From: Flavobacteriales bacterium
Lineage (GTDB): Bacteria > Bacteroidota > Bacteroidia > Flavobacteriales_F > PHOS-HE28
DNA length: 64,000 nt
Reading direction: 5' to 3'
NCBI GenBank assembly: GCA_016788205.1
Contig: JAEUTA010000031.1
Coordinates: 42,576-106,575 of the forward strand
Made by a program: the position numbers and the translations under genes. Positions 21,629 to 31,172 of the stretch are shown in pieces (within the stretch, counting starts at the first letter, position 1; the number at the start of each line of letters is the position of its first letter). The notes under the pieces are model-generated. The model saw only the letters and a list, made by a program, of their open reading frames with translations. It had not been told where the DNA came from and made no database searches.

Positions 21629-22443
21629 GATGCGTAAATATTGAACCGTTCACCACGCAGGAAACCGATGAGGCACAGGCCGCTCTCCTGTGCGAGCTTC
21701 ACCGCCAGCGAGGAGGGTGCACCAATGGCAGCCATGACCGGGACCCCAACGACAACGCATTTCTGAACGAGTTCGAAACCGGCACGGCCACTGACCAGCA
21801 GCATACTCGAAACCAACGGCATATCCGTGCTCAATGCCGCGCCTATGACCTTGTCAACGGCATTGTGCCGACCGACGTCCTCGCGCAGAACGAGCAACTC
21901 GCCCTTCCTGTCGAAAAGCGCTGCCGCATGTATCCCACCCGTATGGCGGAAAACCGTCTGGGCCATGCGCATGCGCTCAGGAAGCGCAGTGAGTATCCCG
22001 GGATCGATCGCACCCATCGGAACGAGCGGTCGTTTGCATTGGAGGTGTACCGCTTCTATGCTGCTTTTGCCACACACGCCGCAACTGCTGGTGGTGTAGA
22101 AATTGCGCTGCCAACGTGCAGGATCCAGTTCCACCGAGGGGTGCAGTTCCGCACGCACAACGTTTCCCTGCTCCTCCTCACGCACATTCGCACAAGGCAC
22201 AACACGCAATAGCTCCTCCTCTCGCGCTACGATGCCTTCGGAGTGAAGGAAACCACGCACCAGGTCCTCATCATGCCCGGGCGTACGCATGGTCACGCTC
22301 AGGCGTATCTCCCGACGGTGCTCCGAATTCCCGAAGCCCAGCCTGATCTCCAGCGGTTCCTCGGTCACCAATAGATCATCGCGCTCCGTGGACGAACTGC
22401 CTTCCACCGTGGCCACACGCGCCGCTACGACCAATGTTGCCAT
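21625..22443 (-). CDS. fdhD: Formate dehydrogenase accessory sulfurtransferase FdhD.
   Basis: SSCGVCGK catalytic motif. 272 aa. Overlaps the grpB start by 4 nt. Confidence 0.9.
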   Translation of the reverse strand: MATLVVAARVATVEGSSSTERDDLLVTEEPLEIRLGFGNSEHRREIRLSVTMRTPGHDEDLVRGFLHSEGIVAREEELLRVVPCANVREEEQGNVVRAELHPSVELDPARWQRNFYTTSSCGVCGKSSIEAVHLQCKRPLVPMGAIDPGILTALPERMRMAQTVFRHTGGIHAAALFDRKGELLVLREDVGRHNAVDKVIGAALSTDMPLVSSMLLVSGRAGFELVQKCVVVGVPVMAAIGAPSSLAVKLAQESGLCLIGFLRGERFNIYAS

Positions 22444-22469
22444 GCTGCCAAGTTAACCCCGGGAGGGCG

Positions 22470-23045
22470 CTATCCGGTCCTTCGCCAACAACTGAGCAGG
22501 TGATCGTTCACCATGCCGATGGCTTGCATGTACGCATAGACGATCGTCGTGCCCACGAAGGAGAACCCAGCCTTCTTCAAGTCCCTGCTCAGCGCATCGC
22601 TTTCCGGGGTGCTCACGGGCACCTGACCCAAGCTGCTCCACTCGTTCATGCGCGGTTCGTGGTCCACGTGCTTCCAGATGAAGCGATCGAAGGAACCTTT
22701 GCCGTCCTCCATGATGCGCAGGTAACCTTGGGCGTTCTTGATGGCGCTCTCTATCTTTTGGCGATTGCGGATGATGCCTGGGTCGCTCATCAATCGGTCC
22801 ATGTCCTTCTTTCCATAACACGCGATCTTCTCGGCATTCCAATCGTCGAAAGCCCGGGCATAGCTCTCTGTGCGGATGAGAATGGTGTACCAGCTCAACC
22901 CTGCCTGTGCGCCGTCCAGTACGAGTTTCGCGAACAGCTTCCGATCATCATGCTCAGGACGGCCCCACACATTGTCGTGATAGGCCATGTATACATCATC
23001 CTTCAAACACCAGGGACAGCGTGTCCTTTCCTTTCGTAAAACCAT
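22470..23045 (-). CDS. tag: DNA-3-methyladenine glycosylase I.
   Basis: YHDNVWGRPEHDDRKLFAKLVLDGAQAGLSW is near-identical in pattern to E. coli Tag. Zn-binding Cys residues are present at both ends. Confidence 0.9.
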   Translation of the reverse strand: MVLRKERTRCPWCLKDDVYMAYHDNVWGRPEHDDRKLFAKLVLDGAQAGLSWYTILIRTESYARAFDDWNAEKIACYGKKDMDRLMSDPGIIRNRQKIESAIKNAQGYLRIMEDGKGSFDRFIWKHVDHEPRMNEWSSLGQVPVSTPESDALSRDLKKAGFSFVGTTIVYAYMQAIGMVNDHLLSCWRRTG

Positions 23046-23107
23046 TGTAGAATAGAAGAAGACCGGCCGAAGATCGTGATCCTCGGCCGGTCTTATAGAA
23101 TGGACGA

Positions 23108-25597
23108 CTATCGAGTAACGACGAAGCGTTGCAAGGCCACATGCTCATCCACGCTGGCGCGCAGGAAGTATTGACCAGCAGGTAGATCCCCGTCGAAGCC
23201 GATCCAGGAGCGCAATGCAGGACCCTCTCCCTTGATCCGCTGCTGGTGCACGAGCTTGCCGGTCATGTCCATGATGGTGATATCCACCGACGCATCACTT
23301 TCATGGCCGGTCAGGCTGATCTGCATTCCGTCCCCGGCGCTCGGGTTGGGCCACAATACCATTTCGAACGGCTGTAGTTCGTCTACGCGATCCACATCGG
23401 CACCCGCCGCCATGGCATTGGGTCCCGTTATGCTCACGCTGCACGTTTCTCCCCATTGACACCACGAGGCCCCATTGTCCCGGCTGGCACGAACGCGCAC
23501 TTGGTAGGTACGACCGGAAACGAGCGCGGGCGATGCCCAATTCAGGTAACGATGGTAGTTGGTGCTCTGGATGGTGTAGTTGTATCCGTCGCCCACGTTC
23601 ACGAACTCGAATTCGTAGCGATTCGCTCCTGACACGGGTTTGGCCGTGACGTATTGCGAGCGGGTGCGCGAAGCGCCGCAGGAGAAATACTGATCACCGG
23701 GGGTATCGATCAACTTCGTCCTTGGACATGCAGCGGAGACCGGGTCCAGCTTGAATCGGCAGGCCGCCCCCCATTCCCTGTTCGTTCCATTCACTCGACC
23801 GCGCACCTTCACGTTCAAAAGCACGTTCTCCGGAATGGGGTTCGGTGTCCAGGTGATGTTCAGGTAGCAGGCACGCGTGGCGCCACTACCATAACTACCG
23901 GGTGCGGCGTGGCTGCGGAATTTGCGCTGCGAGTAAGAACCATCCGGATCGTAGAACCAGAATTCGTAGCCATCATCGGTCTGGTCGCCCACGCCCCACT
24001 GCGCGCTCACCTCGTCGGTAGCGGAAGCGACCATCAGCTGGTTATACGTCCAGTCCACCTTATCGCAAATGCTGTTCAGTGGACGATATGCGCTCATCGG
24101 AAGGTAAAAGGAACCACCCGTGGCGATGCTGCTCTCGCTGGCGAACGCACCATCATTCGCATTGTCGATGATGCGTTTTCCCGAAGCATCCTTCAGCACA
24201 TACCCACCCGTTGTCATGCCATCTCCGGCACTATCCAGTACGCGCAAGCGCATGGGGCCATGCGGCACACAGCAGCTCACTGTGACCTCGGTATTGTTCG
24301 TGAAACCGGACCCGTTGCACACCGGATAGGTGAAGCCTTCTCCCATAAGCTCCCAGCTGGTCTGTGACCCGAATGCATCGGCCTTCACCGTCAGCTGAAC
24401 GTTCTCATCGCAACCCGTCTGTAGGCGGAGGATGCGGTTGCGGGCAGCACCATTGTAGCTGGTGAAACCACCCGCAACAGTGGTACGCCCCTCGGGCTGC
24501 CAGGTGATGGCGTAGACCCAGTTGTTGAACGCACTACCCATGCTGAAGCCACTGTCCACACTGCCGTTGGTATTGAGGCGCACCATGCGGTTCCGAGCGG
24601 TCCCGTTGTAAGTGGTGAAATCACCACCCGCGAGGATCTTGCCATCACCTTGTACTGCAATGGTATACACCCAGCTGTTGAACCCGGTGCCCACCGAGAA
24701 GGTATTGTCATACGCCCCGGAACGCTCCAAGCGAGCTATGCGAGCGGACGGTGTGATGGCGTTGTAACTGGTGAACAGGCCACCGAGCAGGATCCTGCCA
24801 TCGCGTTGAACCGCGATGCAGTAAACAGCATTGTTCGGACCAGCGCCGGGATCGAAACCCGTGTCCACAGCACCTGTAGTGGTCAATCGAGCCACATTGA
24901 TCCGGGTAGTGCCGTTCACGGCGGTGAAGGAACCGCCGATGATCAAGCGCCCTTCTGCGTCCAGGGATGCCGCGTACACATCGCCGTTAACGCCGGTGCC
25001 CACTTGATAGGTAGCATCCAGGGTACCATCGCTGTTGAGCCTTACGATGCGGTTCTGCGTTGCGCCATTATACGTGGTGAACATACCTGCCACCAGGATC
25101 TTGCCATCAGGTTGGACGAGGATGAAGTTGACGTTGCCGTTGAACCCTGTACCGATGTTGAAGCTCCCATCTAGGGTACCATTGCTGTTCACGCGTACCA
25201 GGCGCGAGCGATTCGTTCCGTTGTAACTGGTGAACGAGCCCCCCAACAGGATCTTCCCGTTAGCATCCACCGCTGCGTGGTTCACCTGCCCGTTGGGACC
25301 GGTGCCGATGACGAACGTGGCATCCAATGCGCCGCTACGCGACACACGTACCACCCTGTTGCGAGCCGTTCCGTTGTAGGTCGTGAAGGCGCCTCCTACG
25401 ATCTGCTTGCCGTCCGGCTGAGCCACCATGGTGTACACCCTTCCGTTGGCCCCAGTACCCACGTTGAAAGCACCATCCAAGCTTCCCGACTGTGCAGCGG
25501 TGGAGGATGTGAATGGACTGAGCAAAAGGCCGGCCAGCAGGGAACCGACGTTGAGGATCGGGGTCTTGAACATGTTCTTGGTCTTTGAGGTTGTCAT
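23108..25597 (-). CDS. Delta-60 repeat (beta-propeller-like) secreted protein with a T9SS C-terminal sorting domain.
   Basis: Signal peptide MTTSKTKNMFKTPILNVGSLLAGLLLSPF. About 9 tandem ~50 aa repeats (G.LD..F..GTG.NG.V......DGK...GG.FT.YNG..R.R..R). A C-terminal CTD (LWPNPSAGDGMQISL...GQYFLRASVDEHVALQRFVV). Start trimmed from 25813 to 25597. Confidence 0.8.
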   Translation of the reverse strand: MTTSKTKNMFKTPILNVGSLLAGLLLSPFTSSTAAQSGSLDGAFNVGTGANGRVYTMVAQPDGKQIVGGAFTTYNGTARNRVVRVSRSGALDATFVIGTGPNGQVNHAAVDANGKILLGGSFTSYNGTNRSRLVRVNSNGTLDGSFNIGTGFNGNVNFILVQPDGKILVAGMFTTYNGATQNRIVRLNSDGTLDATYQVGTGVNGDVYAASLDAEGRLIIGGSFTAVNGTTRINVARLTTTGAVDTGFDPGAGPNNAVYCIAVQRDGRILLGGLFTSYNAITPSARIARLERSGAYDNTFSVGTGFNSWVYTIAVQGDGKILAGGDFTTYNGTARNRMVRLNTNGSVDSGFSMGSAFNNWVYAITWQPEGRTTVAGGFTSYNGAARNRILRLQTGCDENVQLTVKADAFGSQTSWELMGEGFTYPVCNGSGFTNNTEVTVSCCVPHGPMRLRVLDSAGDGMTTGGYVLKDASGKRIIDNANDGAFASESSIATGGSFYLPMSAYRPLNSICDKVDWTYNQLMVASATDEVSAQWGVGDQTDDGYEFWFYDPDGSYSQRKFRSHAAPGSYGSGATRACYLNITWTPNPIPENVLLNVKVRGRVNGTNREWGAACRFKLDPVSAACPRTKLIDTPGDQYFSCGASRTRSQYVTAKPVSGANRYEFEFVNVGDGYNYTIQSTNYHRYLNWASPALVSGRTYQVRVRASRDNGASWCQWGETCSVSITGPNAMAAGADVDRVDELQPFEMVLWPNPSAGDGMQISLTGHESDASVDITIMDMTGKLVHQQRIKGEGPALRSWIGFDGDLPAGQYFLRASVDEHVALQRFVVTR

Positions 25598-25708
25598 AAG
25601 GGCCCCGCGATACCGGAGAACGTCCGCTCCGCCCTTATGGCAACGTTGTACGCAATGCCAGATGTTTGGTTCCGGCCATGGCGCACAACCTCGTTCCTTT
25701 GGGGCGGC

Positions 25709-26698
25709 ATGCCCCTTCAGGACCTCCATTCCCGTACACACCGCAGCCTGAGGATCAGCGTGGTGGATAAATGCGATCTGCGCTGCACATACTGCATGCC
25801 AGAGGACCAGCACTTCCTGAAGCGCGAGGAATTGATGACGCGCGAAGAGGTCGTGACCATCGCGCGGCTCTTCGTGGAACGGTACGGCATCACCAAGATC
25901 CGCCTCACCGGAGGGGAGCCCTTACTGCGCCCCGATGTGGTGGAGATCGTGCGCGACCTGGCGGCCATGCGCGTGAAGTTGGGGTTGACCACCAACGCCG
26001 TATCGCTCCATAAATACATCGATGGCCTGGCAGCCGCAGGACTCCGCAGCCTGAACGTGAGCCTGGACACCTTCGATGCGGACCGCTTCAAACGTATCGC
26101 TCGCCGAGACCTCTACGAGCAGGTGTGGAACAATGTGCGCCTGGCCCATGACCGGGGAATGCACATCAAGCTGAACATGGTGGTGATGCGTGGTGTGAAC
26201 GACGACGAGATCCTGCGCTTCGTGGAACTCACCGAACACAACGGCATCGATGTGCGCTTCATCGAGTTCATGCCTTTCGCCGGCAACCACTGGGGCCGCG
26301 ACAAGGTGTACACCTATGCCGAGATGCTTGGCCTGATCGGCAGCGTGCATTCGTTCGATCGCCTCAACGACGATATCAACAGCACCGCGAAGACCTACCG
26401 GGTTCCCGGCTGGCGCGGCACCTTCGCCGTGATCAGCACCGTGACCGAACCCTTCTGCGGTAGCTGCGACCGGCTGCGCATAACAGCGGAGGGGAAGATG
26501 CGCAACTGCCTTTTCGCGCGTGAAGAGACCGACCTGCTGAGTGCGCTTCGCCGCGGCGATGACATCACCGAACTGATCGAGGCGAACGTGGCGGCCAAAC
26601 ACGCTATGTTGGGGGGGCTGCCGCCATTCAAACCGGAGAAGCAGGAAGAGGTCCTCAACGACCTGAGCGAACGGCCCATGGTGAGCATCGGCGGCTAA
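25709..26698 (+). CDS. moaA: GTP 3',8-cyclase MoaA (radical SAM).
   Basis: LRISVVDKCDLRCTYCMP radical-SAM motif plus C-terminal MoaA Cys residues. The ORF track starts at 25637; the internal Met at 25709 fits the family length better. Confidence 0.9.
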   Translation: MPLQDLHSRTHRSLRISVVDKCDLRCTYCMPEDQHFLKREELMTREEVVTIARLFVERYGITKIRLTGGEPLLRPDVVEIVRDLAAMRVKLGLTTNAVSLHKYIDGLAAAGLRSLNVSLDTFDADRFKRIARRDLYEQVWNNVRLAHDRGMHIKLNMVVMRGVNDDEILRFVELTEHNGIDVRFIEFMPFAGNHWGRDKVYTYAEMLGLIGSVHSFDRLNDDINSTAKTYRVPGWRGTFAVISTVTEPFCGSCDRLRITAEGKMRNCLFAREETDLLSALRRGDDITELIEANVAAKHAMLGGLPPFKPEKQEEVLNDLSERPMVSIGG

Positions 26699-27720
26699 GC
26701 CTCCTGGTCGTAATAGATCTTGTAGAACTTCCGGCCGGTACGCTCATCCACTCCCTGTTCGATCCGGCTACGGTCGCCGTGGATGTAGATATGGAAGTTC
26801 TTGTCCAGTTTCAGAACGCTCTTGAACACCCGTGCCTGGCGTTTCACGGCGTGACTGCTGATAGCGAAGTTGTCGTCGAAGGCCACGTCGTTGCTCTCCT
26901 TGTATCCCTTGCCGAATCGATCGAATGCTTCGATCATCCCCTGCTCTTCGAAAACCTGTTCGACGAACGTGGTGCGGTCGAACTCAGCATTGTCCTTGAA
27001 ATACTGTACCGAGCGGTTCAGCAGGTCGATCTGATCGGCACGTGGCGTCTCGAACTCCTGCGGCAAGTGTTCCGTGATGAAGGACTTCGTGAGCTCCAAC
27101 ACGCCGCTCGTGCTGTTAACGTGATCACGCTTAGCACGATGACCGACGAAGTCCTTCTGCCAATAATCGGTATTGTCATTATCATCCAACACGAAAACGG
27201 TGGGCGCCTCCTGCGTGAAAACGATCAAGCAGGCTTTGTTCGGCCTCAAGCCACCTACGCCCCGATTCAACCACATGGACACCTTGCCCGCTTCGGTCTT
27301 GCTTTGGATGAACACCTCCTTCTCCTCGAACTTGTAGATCCCCAGTGCAGCATAGCGCTCATCGCCGAAGCCCACATTGTTCAACCGCGCCACATAAAGG
27401 TCCCCTCCCTTGATATTATAGTGACGTGATACGGCTACGAGGTGTTTCGCGATGTCCACCGAACATTCCACGAGGTCCCTTCCGGCCTGTGCTTCCTTGG
27501 ACAGGTTGTACAGCACGTTGTATTCCAAACCCACCGGATGCGCGAATTCAGCGGTAGCGGCCATCTGCGAGAAGGGCTTAAGGAAAAGCTTGCGAAGGAA
27601 GACCTGTTCCTCGTCTCCCTTCAATATCGCCGTGTAGTCACTGTAGGTGTTCTCCACCGCTCCCCCACCGATATGGTGCAGTGCGAATTCCTCCACCCAT
27701 GCATCCTTGCCGTTGATCAT
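26695..27720 (-). CDS. Nucleoid-associated protein, NdpA/YejK family.
   Basis: 341 aa. The overall pattern matches PF04245 (EFALHHIGGG... and the acidic middle region). Family assignment is by recall. Confidence 0.6.
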   Translation of the reverse strand: MINGKDAWVEEFALHHIGGGAVENTYSDYTAILKGDEEQVFLRKLFLKPFSQMAATAEFAHPVGLEYNVLYNLSKEAQAGRDLVECSVDIAKHLVAVSRHYNIKGGDLYVARLNNVGFGDERYAALGIYKFEEKEVFIQSKTEAGKVSMWLNRGVGGLRPNKACLIVFTQEAPTVFVLDDNDNTDYWQKDFVGHRAKRDHVNSTSGVLELTKSFITEHLPQEFETPRADQIDLLNRSVQYFKDNAEFDRTTFVEQVFEEQGMIEAFDRFGKGYKESNDVAFDDNFAISSHAVKRQARVFKSVLKLDKNFHIYIHGDRSRIEQGVDERTGRKFYKIYYDQEA

Positions 27721-27744
27721 GATGGGCGCAAAGAACGGGAAGCG

Positions 27745-28662
27745 CTACAGACCGTGCCTGAACGCATGCTCTTGCACCTTGATGATGTGCATTGCGAACG
27801 GGAACAGTGCATCCATCGTCTCCTTTGCTCCTCGTGTTGAACCCGGCAAGGTGATCACCAAGGTGCGGCCGATCATTCCAGCGATACCACGGCTCATCAT
27901 CGCCCAAGGCATGCGCTCCTGGCCGTAACTACGGGCCACTTCCATGATGCCAGGCACTTCTCGATCCAGCAGCGGAGCGAGCGCTTCCGGCGTGCGATCA
28001 CGCGGAGAAAGTCCAGTTCCACCGGTGGTGAGGATCAGGTCAAGGCCGCTGTTCGACCATTCGCGCACCCGTGCTGCGATAGCATCAGGTTCATCGGCGA
28101 CGACAGCCTGCTGGCTCACCTCAACATCCAACTTCGCCAAACGTTCCGCGATCGCAGCCCCCGCCTTGTCCTCCTTCTTCCCGCTGGCCACACCATCGCT
28201 GATAACGAGTACACCCGCTTTCAACGGCACATCGAAACGATCCGTCCAATCACTCTTGCCACCCTTCTTCTCCACCAAGCGGATGCCCGTGATCACCACG
28301 CCCTTGTCGATGGGTTTGAGCATGTCGTAGATGGTGAGGGCTGCGACGCTCGCGCCGTGCATGGCCTCTACTTCAACACCGGTGCGGTAGATGGTGCGCA
28401 CCCGCATGGTGACGAGGATCTCCTGCTCACCAACCGCGAACGTGCATTCAGCATGTTCGATCGGCAGCGGATGGCAATCGGGGATCATCTCGTGGGTCTT
28501 CTTCACGCCGAACAAGGCCGCCACCCGTGCGCTCTCCAATACTTCGCCTTTCGGCACGCGCTTCTCCTTCACAGCGGCGATGGTGGCGCTCTGACTCACC
28601 GTGACCAAGGCCGTGGCCGTGGCTTCGCGCAAGGTGGTGGGCTTGTGGGTGATGTCTATCAT
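27745..28662 (-). CDS. moaC: Bifunctional cyclic pyranopterin monophosphate synthase MoaC fused to a MoaB/MogA-like domain.
   Basis: The N-terminal half is MoaC-like (MIDITHKPTTLREATA...GVEVEAMHGASVAALTIYDMLK). The C-terminal half is MogA/MoaB-like (LILTTGGTGLSPRDRTPEA). Start at 28662; the upstream ORF extension to 28818 was rejected. Confidence 0.85.
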   Translation of the reverse strand: MIDITHKPTTLREATATALVTVSQSATIAAVKEKRVPKGEVLESARVAALFGVKKTHEMIPDCHPLPIEHAECTFAVGEQEILVTMRVRTIYRTGVEVEAMHGASVAALTIYDMLKPIDKGVVITGIRLVEKKGGKSDWTDRFDVPLKAGVLVISDGVASGKKEDKAGAAIAERLAKLDVEVSQQAVVADEPDAIAARVREWSNSGLDLILTTGGTGLSPRDRTPEALAPLLDREVPGIMEVARSYGQERMPWAMMSRGIAGMIGRTLVITLPGSTRGAKETMDALFPFAMHIIKVQEHAFRHGL

Positions 28663-28690
28663 GTCAAGGAGTCGATCCCATGGGTCGACG

Positions 28691-29164
28691 CTACAGGTTG
28701 GTTTTCCAGATGTGCGTGGCGTCCGACAGGATCTCGCGGCCGAAGATCGGCAGTTCGGATTTGATCCGATCCACCACCCAGGCCACAGCCTCGCGCGCCT
28801 GTTGTCGGTGCGGCGCACTGGCGAAGACCATGAAACACAACTCTCCAGCTTTGATCACGCCCAGACTATGATGCACGTGCAAGCAGGTCATCGCCGGCCA
28901 CTTGGCAAAAGCCTGTTCACGTATGATGGTCATGCGTTCTAGAGCCATTTCGCGGTAGGCGGTGTATTCGATGGCAGCGGTGCGAGCAGCGTTCACGTCG
29001 CCTGCACCACCGATGACATCCGCACGGACCTGGCCTAGGAAGATCTCGTGCGCTCCGATGTCCGTTCGCGTGGCATGCTTCGCGATGCTCTCGGCGATGA
29101 AGGATGGCGGTATAGCCCCTTCCACGAAGATGTCCTTCACCTTATGGGGCTTCGCATCGCTCAT
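28691..29164 (-). CDS. moaE: Molybdopterin synthase catalytic subunit MoaE.
   Basis: 157 aa with MoaE-like conserved segments. Start overlaps the moaD stop as ATGA. Confidence 0.85.
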   Translation of the reverse strand: MSDAKPHKVKDIFVEGAIPPSFIAESIAKHATRTDIGAHEIFLGQVRADVIGGAGDVNAARTAAIEYTAYREMALERMTIIREQAFAKWPAMTCLHVHHSLGVIKAGELCFMVFASAPHRQQAREAVAWVVDRIKSELPIFGREILSDATHIWKTNL

Positions 29165-29385
29165 CCTCCGGCGAATGGGGGTAGTACGGCGATCTCCTCG
29201 GTGCCGGTGAGCGCATGATCCGTTGTGACCACCTGCCGATCCACCGCAATGGCATAGCGCATCCCACGCAGCGCGGGGATCCTCTCCACCAACTGCGTGC
29301 GCAAAGCCTCAAGCGAATCAGCATCCACCTGCAACGTTGGCGAGCCAGCCTTCTCCGCGATCATGCCGAACAACAGGACCTCCAT
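29161..29385 (-). CDS. moaD: Molybdopterin synthase sulfur carrier MoaD.
   Basis: 74 aa with a ThiS/MoaD fold and a C-terminal Gly-Gly. Confidence 0.8.
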   Translation of the reverse strand: MEVLLFGMIAEKAGSPTLQVDADSLEALRTQLVERIPALRGMRYAIAVDRQVVTTDHALTGTEEIAVLPPFAGG

Positions 29386-29388
29386 GGT

Positions 29389-29955
29389 TCAAAGATCGGT
29401 AGGCGTGTTGATGTTGCGGAACAGATCATCGGGCCATTCCTCCTCACCGGGGCACACCTGCAGGTAGCGTGTGCGCACACGGTCCAGCGCCGTGGACATC
29501 TTCCGCTCACCCGCTGCGAGCCGCGCGGAGAAAACATGGCGGCACGAACGGTGGTAAACCGCGGCCAAAGGCTCCATGCGGCCATCGCATTGTGCCACCA
29601 CCGCGTCGTGGTCTCTATCCGCCCATGTTTTGAGGTGCTCGATGAAACGCGCATTGATGTTCGGCATATCGCACGCGAGCACGATCGAACGATCGTTCCA
29701 CGCGTAGCGCAGTGCAGTAAGGATACCACCCAAGGGCCCTTGCCCCGAAGTATCATCCGCGATCACCAGCGGACCGATGCGCCCGTACGTGGACGGGTCA
29801 CCGATGATGAGCAGTTCATCCACATGCGGACGCAAGATCTCGACAGCGTTGGCGATCAGCGATCGGCCGTTGTGCTCGATCAATGCCTTGTCCCTACCCA
29901 TGCGGCTGCTTCGGCCGCCGGCAAGGACCACACCGCACCATCCGTTCTCGTTCAT
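29389..29955 (-). CDS. mobA: Molybdenum cofactor guanylyltransferase MobA.
   Basis: GVVLAGGRSSRMGRDKAL nucleotide-binding motif. Start at the internal Met (MNENGW). Confidence 0.85.
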   Translation of the reverse strand: MNENGWCGVVLAGGRSSRMGRDKALIEHNGRSLIANAVEILRPHVDELLIIGDPSTYGRIGPLVIADDTSGQGPLGGILTALRYAWNDRSIVLACDMPNINARFIEHLKTWADRDHDAVVAQCDGRMEPLAAVYHRSCRHVFSARLAAGERKMSTALDRVRTRYLQVCPGEEEWPDDLFRNINTPTDL

Positions 29956-29969
29956 CGGCTGTCGTTCCC

Positions 29970-31172
29970 TCAACGCAGTATCGGCGTTCCGCTCTGCGGC
30001 AGGTAGTGTACTTCCACAAGGTCCCCTGCCTTGCACGCGCGCTGGCTGGTCGGCAGGTAGGCCAACGCATCCGCTTCCACCAAGGTGCGCAACATGTGGG
30101 AACCTTCATCCGCCAGCAGCTCAACGCGACCACTGCTCACGCGCGCGGCTCGGAACTCTGCACGATCTCCTTTCACCGTGAGCGCTGTGCCGATGGGAAG
30201 TCGTTCACTTCGCATGTACGGATCGGCGCGATGGCGCATGGCTAACAGGAAGGGCAGCACGTATTCGTAGAACAGCACCAGTGCCGCACGTGGATTACCG
30301 GGCAGGCCAAAGATGTGCCTTCCGTTCAACGTAGCGAAGAACATCGGCTTCCCCGGTTTCTGCGCCACCCCATGGAAATGCACGGTGGCTTTCAGCTTCT
30401 TCAGCACGGGCAGCAACAGGTCATGATCGCCGACCGATGCACCGCCCGTGGTGATCACCACATCCGTCTTTCCCGCAGCCGCAAGCAATGCTTCGCTCAG
30501 CTCTTCTTCCTCGTCGAATACAAGATGAACATCGTCGGTGGCATCAATGCCCGTAGCGTTCAGTGCGGCCAGCAACATCTTCTCGTTGCTGCTGTGGATG
30601 GAGCCCTCGTGCGTCTCCCCTTCCTCCAGGAATTCCCCGCCCGTGCGAATGATGCTGACCGTTGGGTCCTGTGCCACCATCACCTCATACACGCCGCACG
30701 ATGCCAGCAGCCCGATGGCGGCCGGTGAAAGCACCGACCCCTTCGCCAGCAACCGATCGCCAGGCTTTACGCTCTCTCCTTTCCGGCGGATGTTGGCTCC
30801 GTTGTTGAACGCACCTTTTGCGTGCTCGATCCGCTCCCCGTCGCGTGTGCAATGCTCTTGCATGAGGACCGCAACCGTATCCTTCGGTACCTGCGCACCG
30901 GTATTGATGCGCACAGCTTCTCCAGCACGCAGCGCTTCCGTAGCGACCTGGCCCGCCATCAATTCACCCACTATCGTCCACGGACCATCTACGCTTCCTA
31001 CCGCATAACCATCCACCGCGCTCACATCGGAACGCGGATAAAACTCACCGGAGAACAGATCCTCCATCAGGTTGCGGCCGATGGCTTCTTCCGGAGGGAA
31101 GAACATGCCTTCTCGCACAGCGATGCCCACCTCAGCCATGATGATCCCACGTGCTTCTTCCACCGAGATCAT
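29970..31172 (-). CDS. moeA: Molybdopterin molybdotransferase MoeA.
   Basis: About 400 aa with MoeA N-terminal, MoCF-binding and C-terminal domains (SAVDGYAV..., GGASVGDHD). The ORF track's 545 aa extension was rejected; the ATG at 31172 overlaps the TSUP stop as ATGA. Confidence 0.9.
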   Translation of the reverse strand: MISVEEARGIIMAEVGIAVREGMFFPPEEAIGRNLMEDLFSGEFYPRSDVSAVDGYAVGSVDGPWTIVGELMAGQVATEALRAGEAVRINTGAQVPKDTVAVLMQEHCTRDGERIEHAKGAFNNGANIRRKGESVKPGDRLLAKGSVLSPAAIGLLASCGVYEVMVAQDPTVSIIRTGGEFLEEGETHEGSIHSSNEKMLLAALNATGIDATDDVHLVFDEEEELSEALLAAAGKTDVVITTGGASVGDHDLLLPVLKKLKATVHFHGVAQKPGKPMFFATLNGRHIFGLPGNPRAALVLFYEYVLPFLLAMRHRADPYMRSERLPIGTALTVKGDRAEFRAARVSSGRVELLADEGSHMLRTLVEADALAYLPTSQRACKAGDLVEVHYLPQSGTPILR

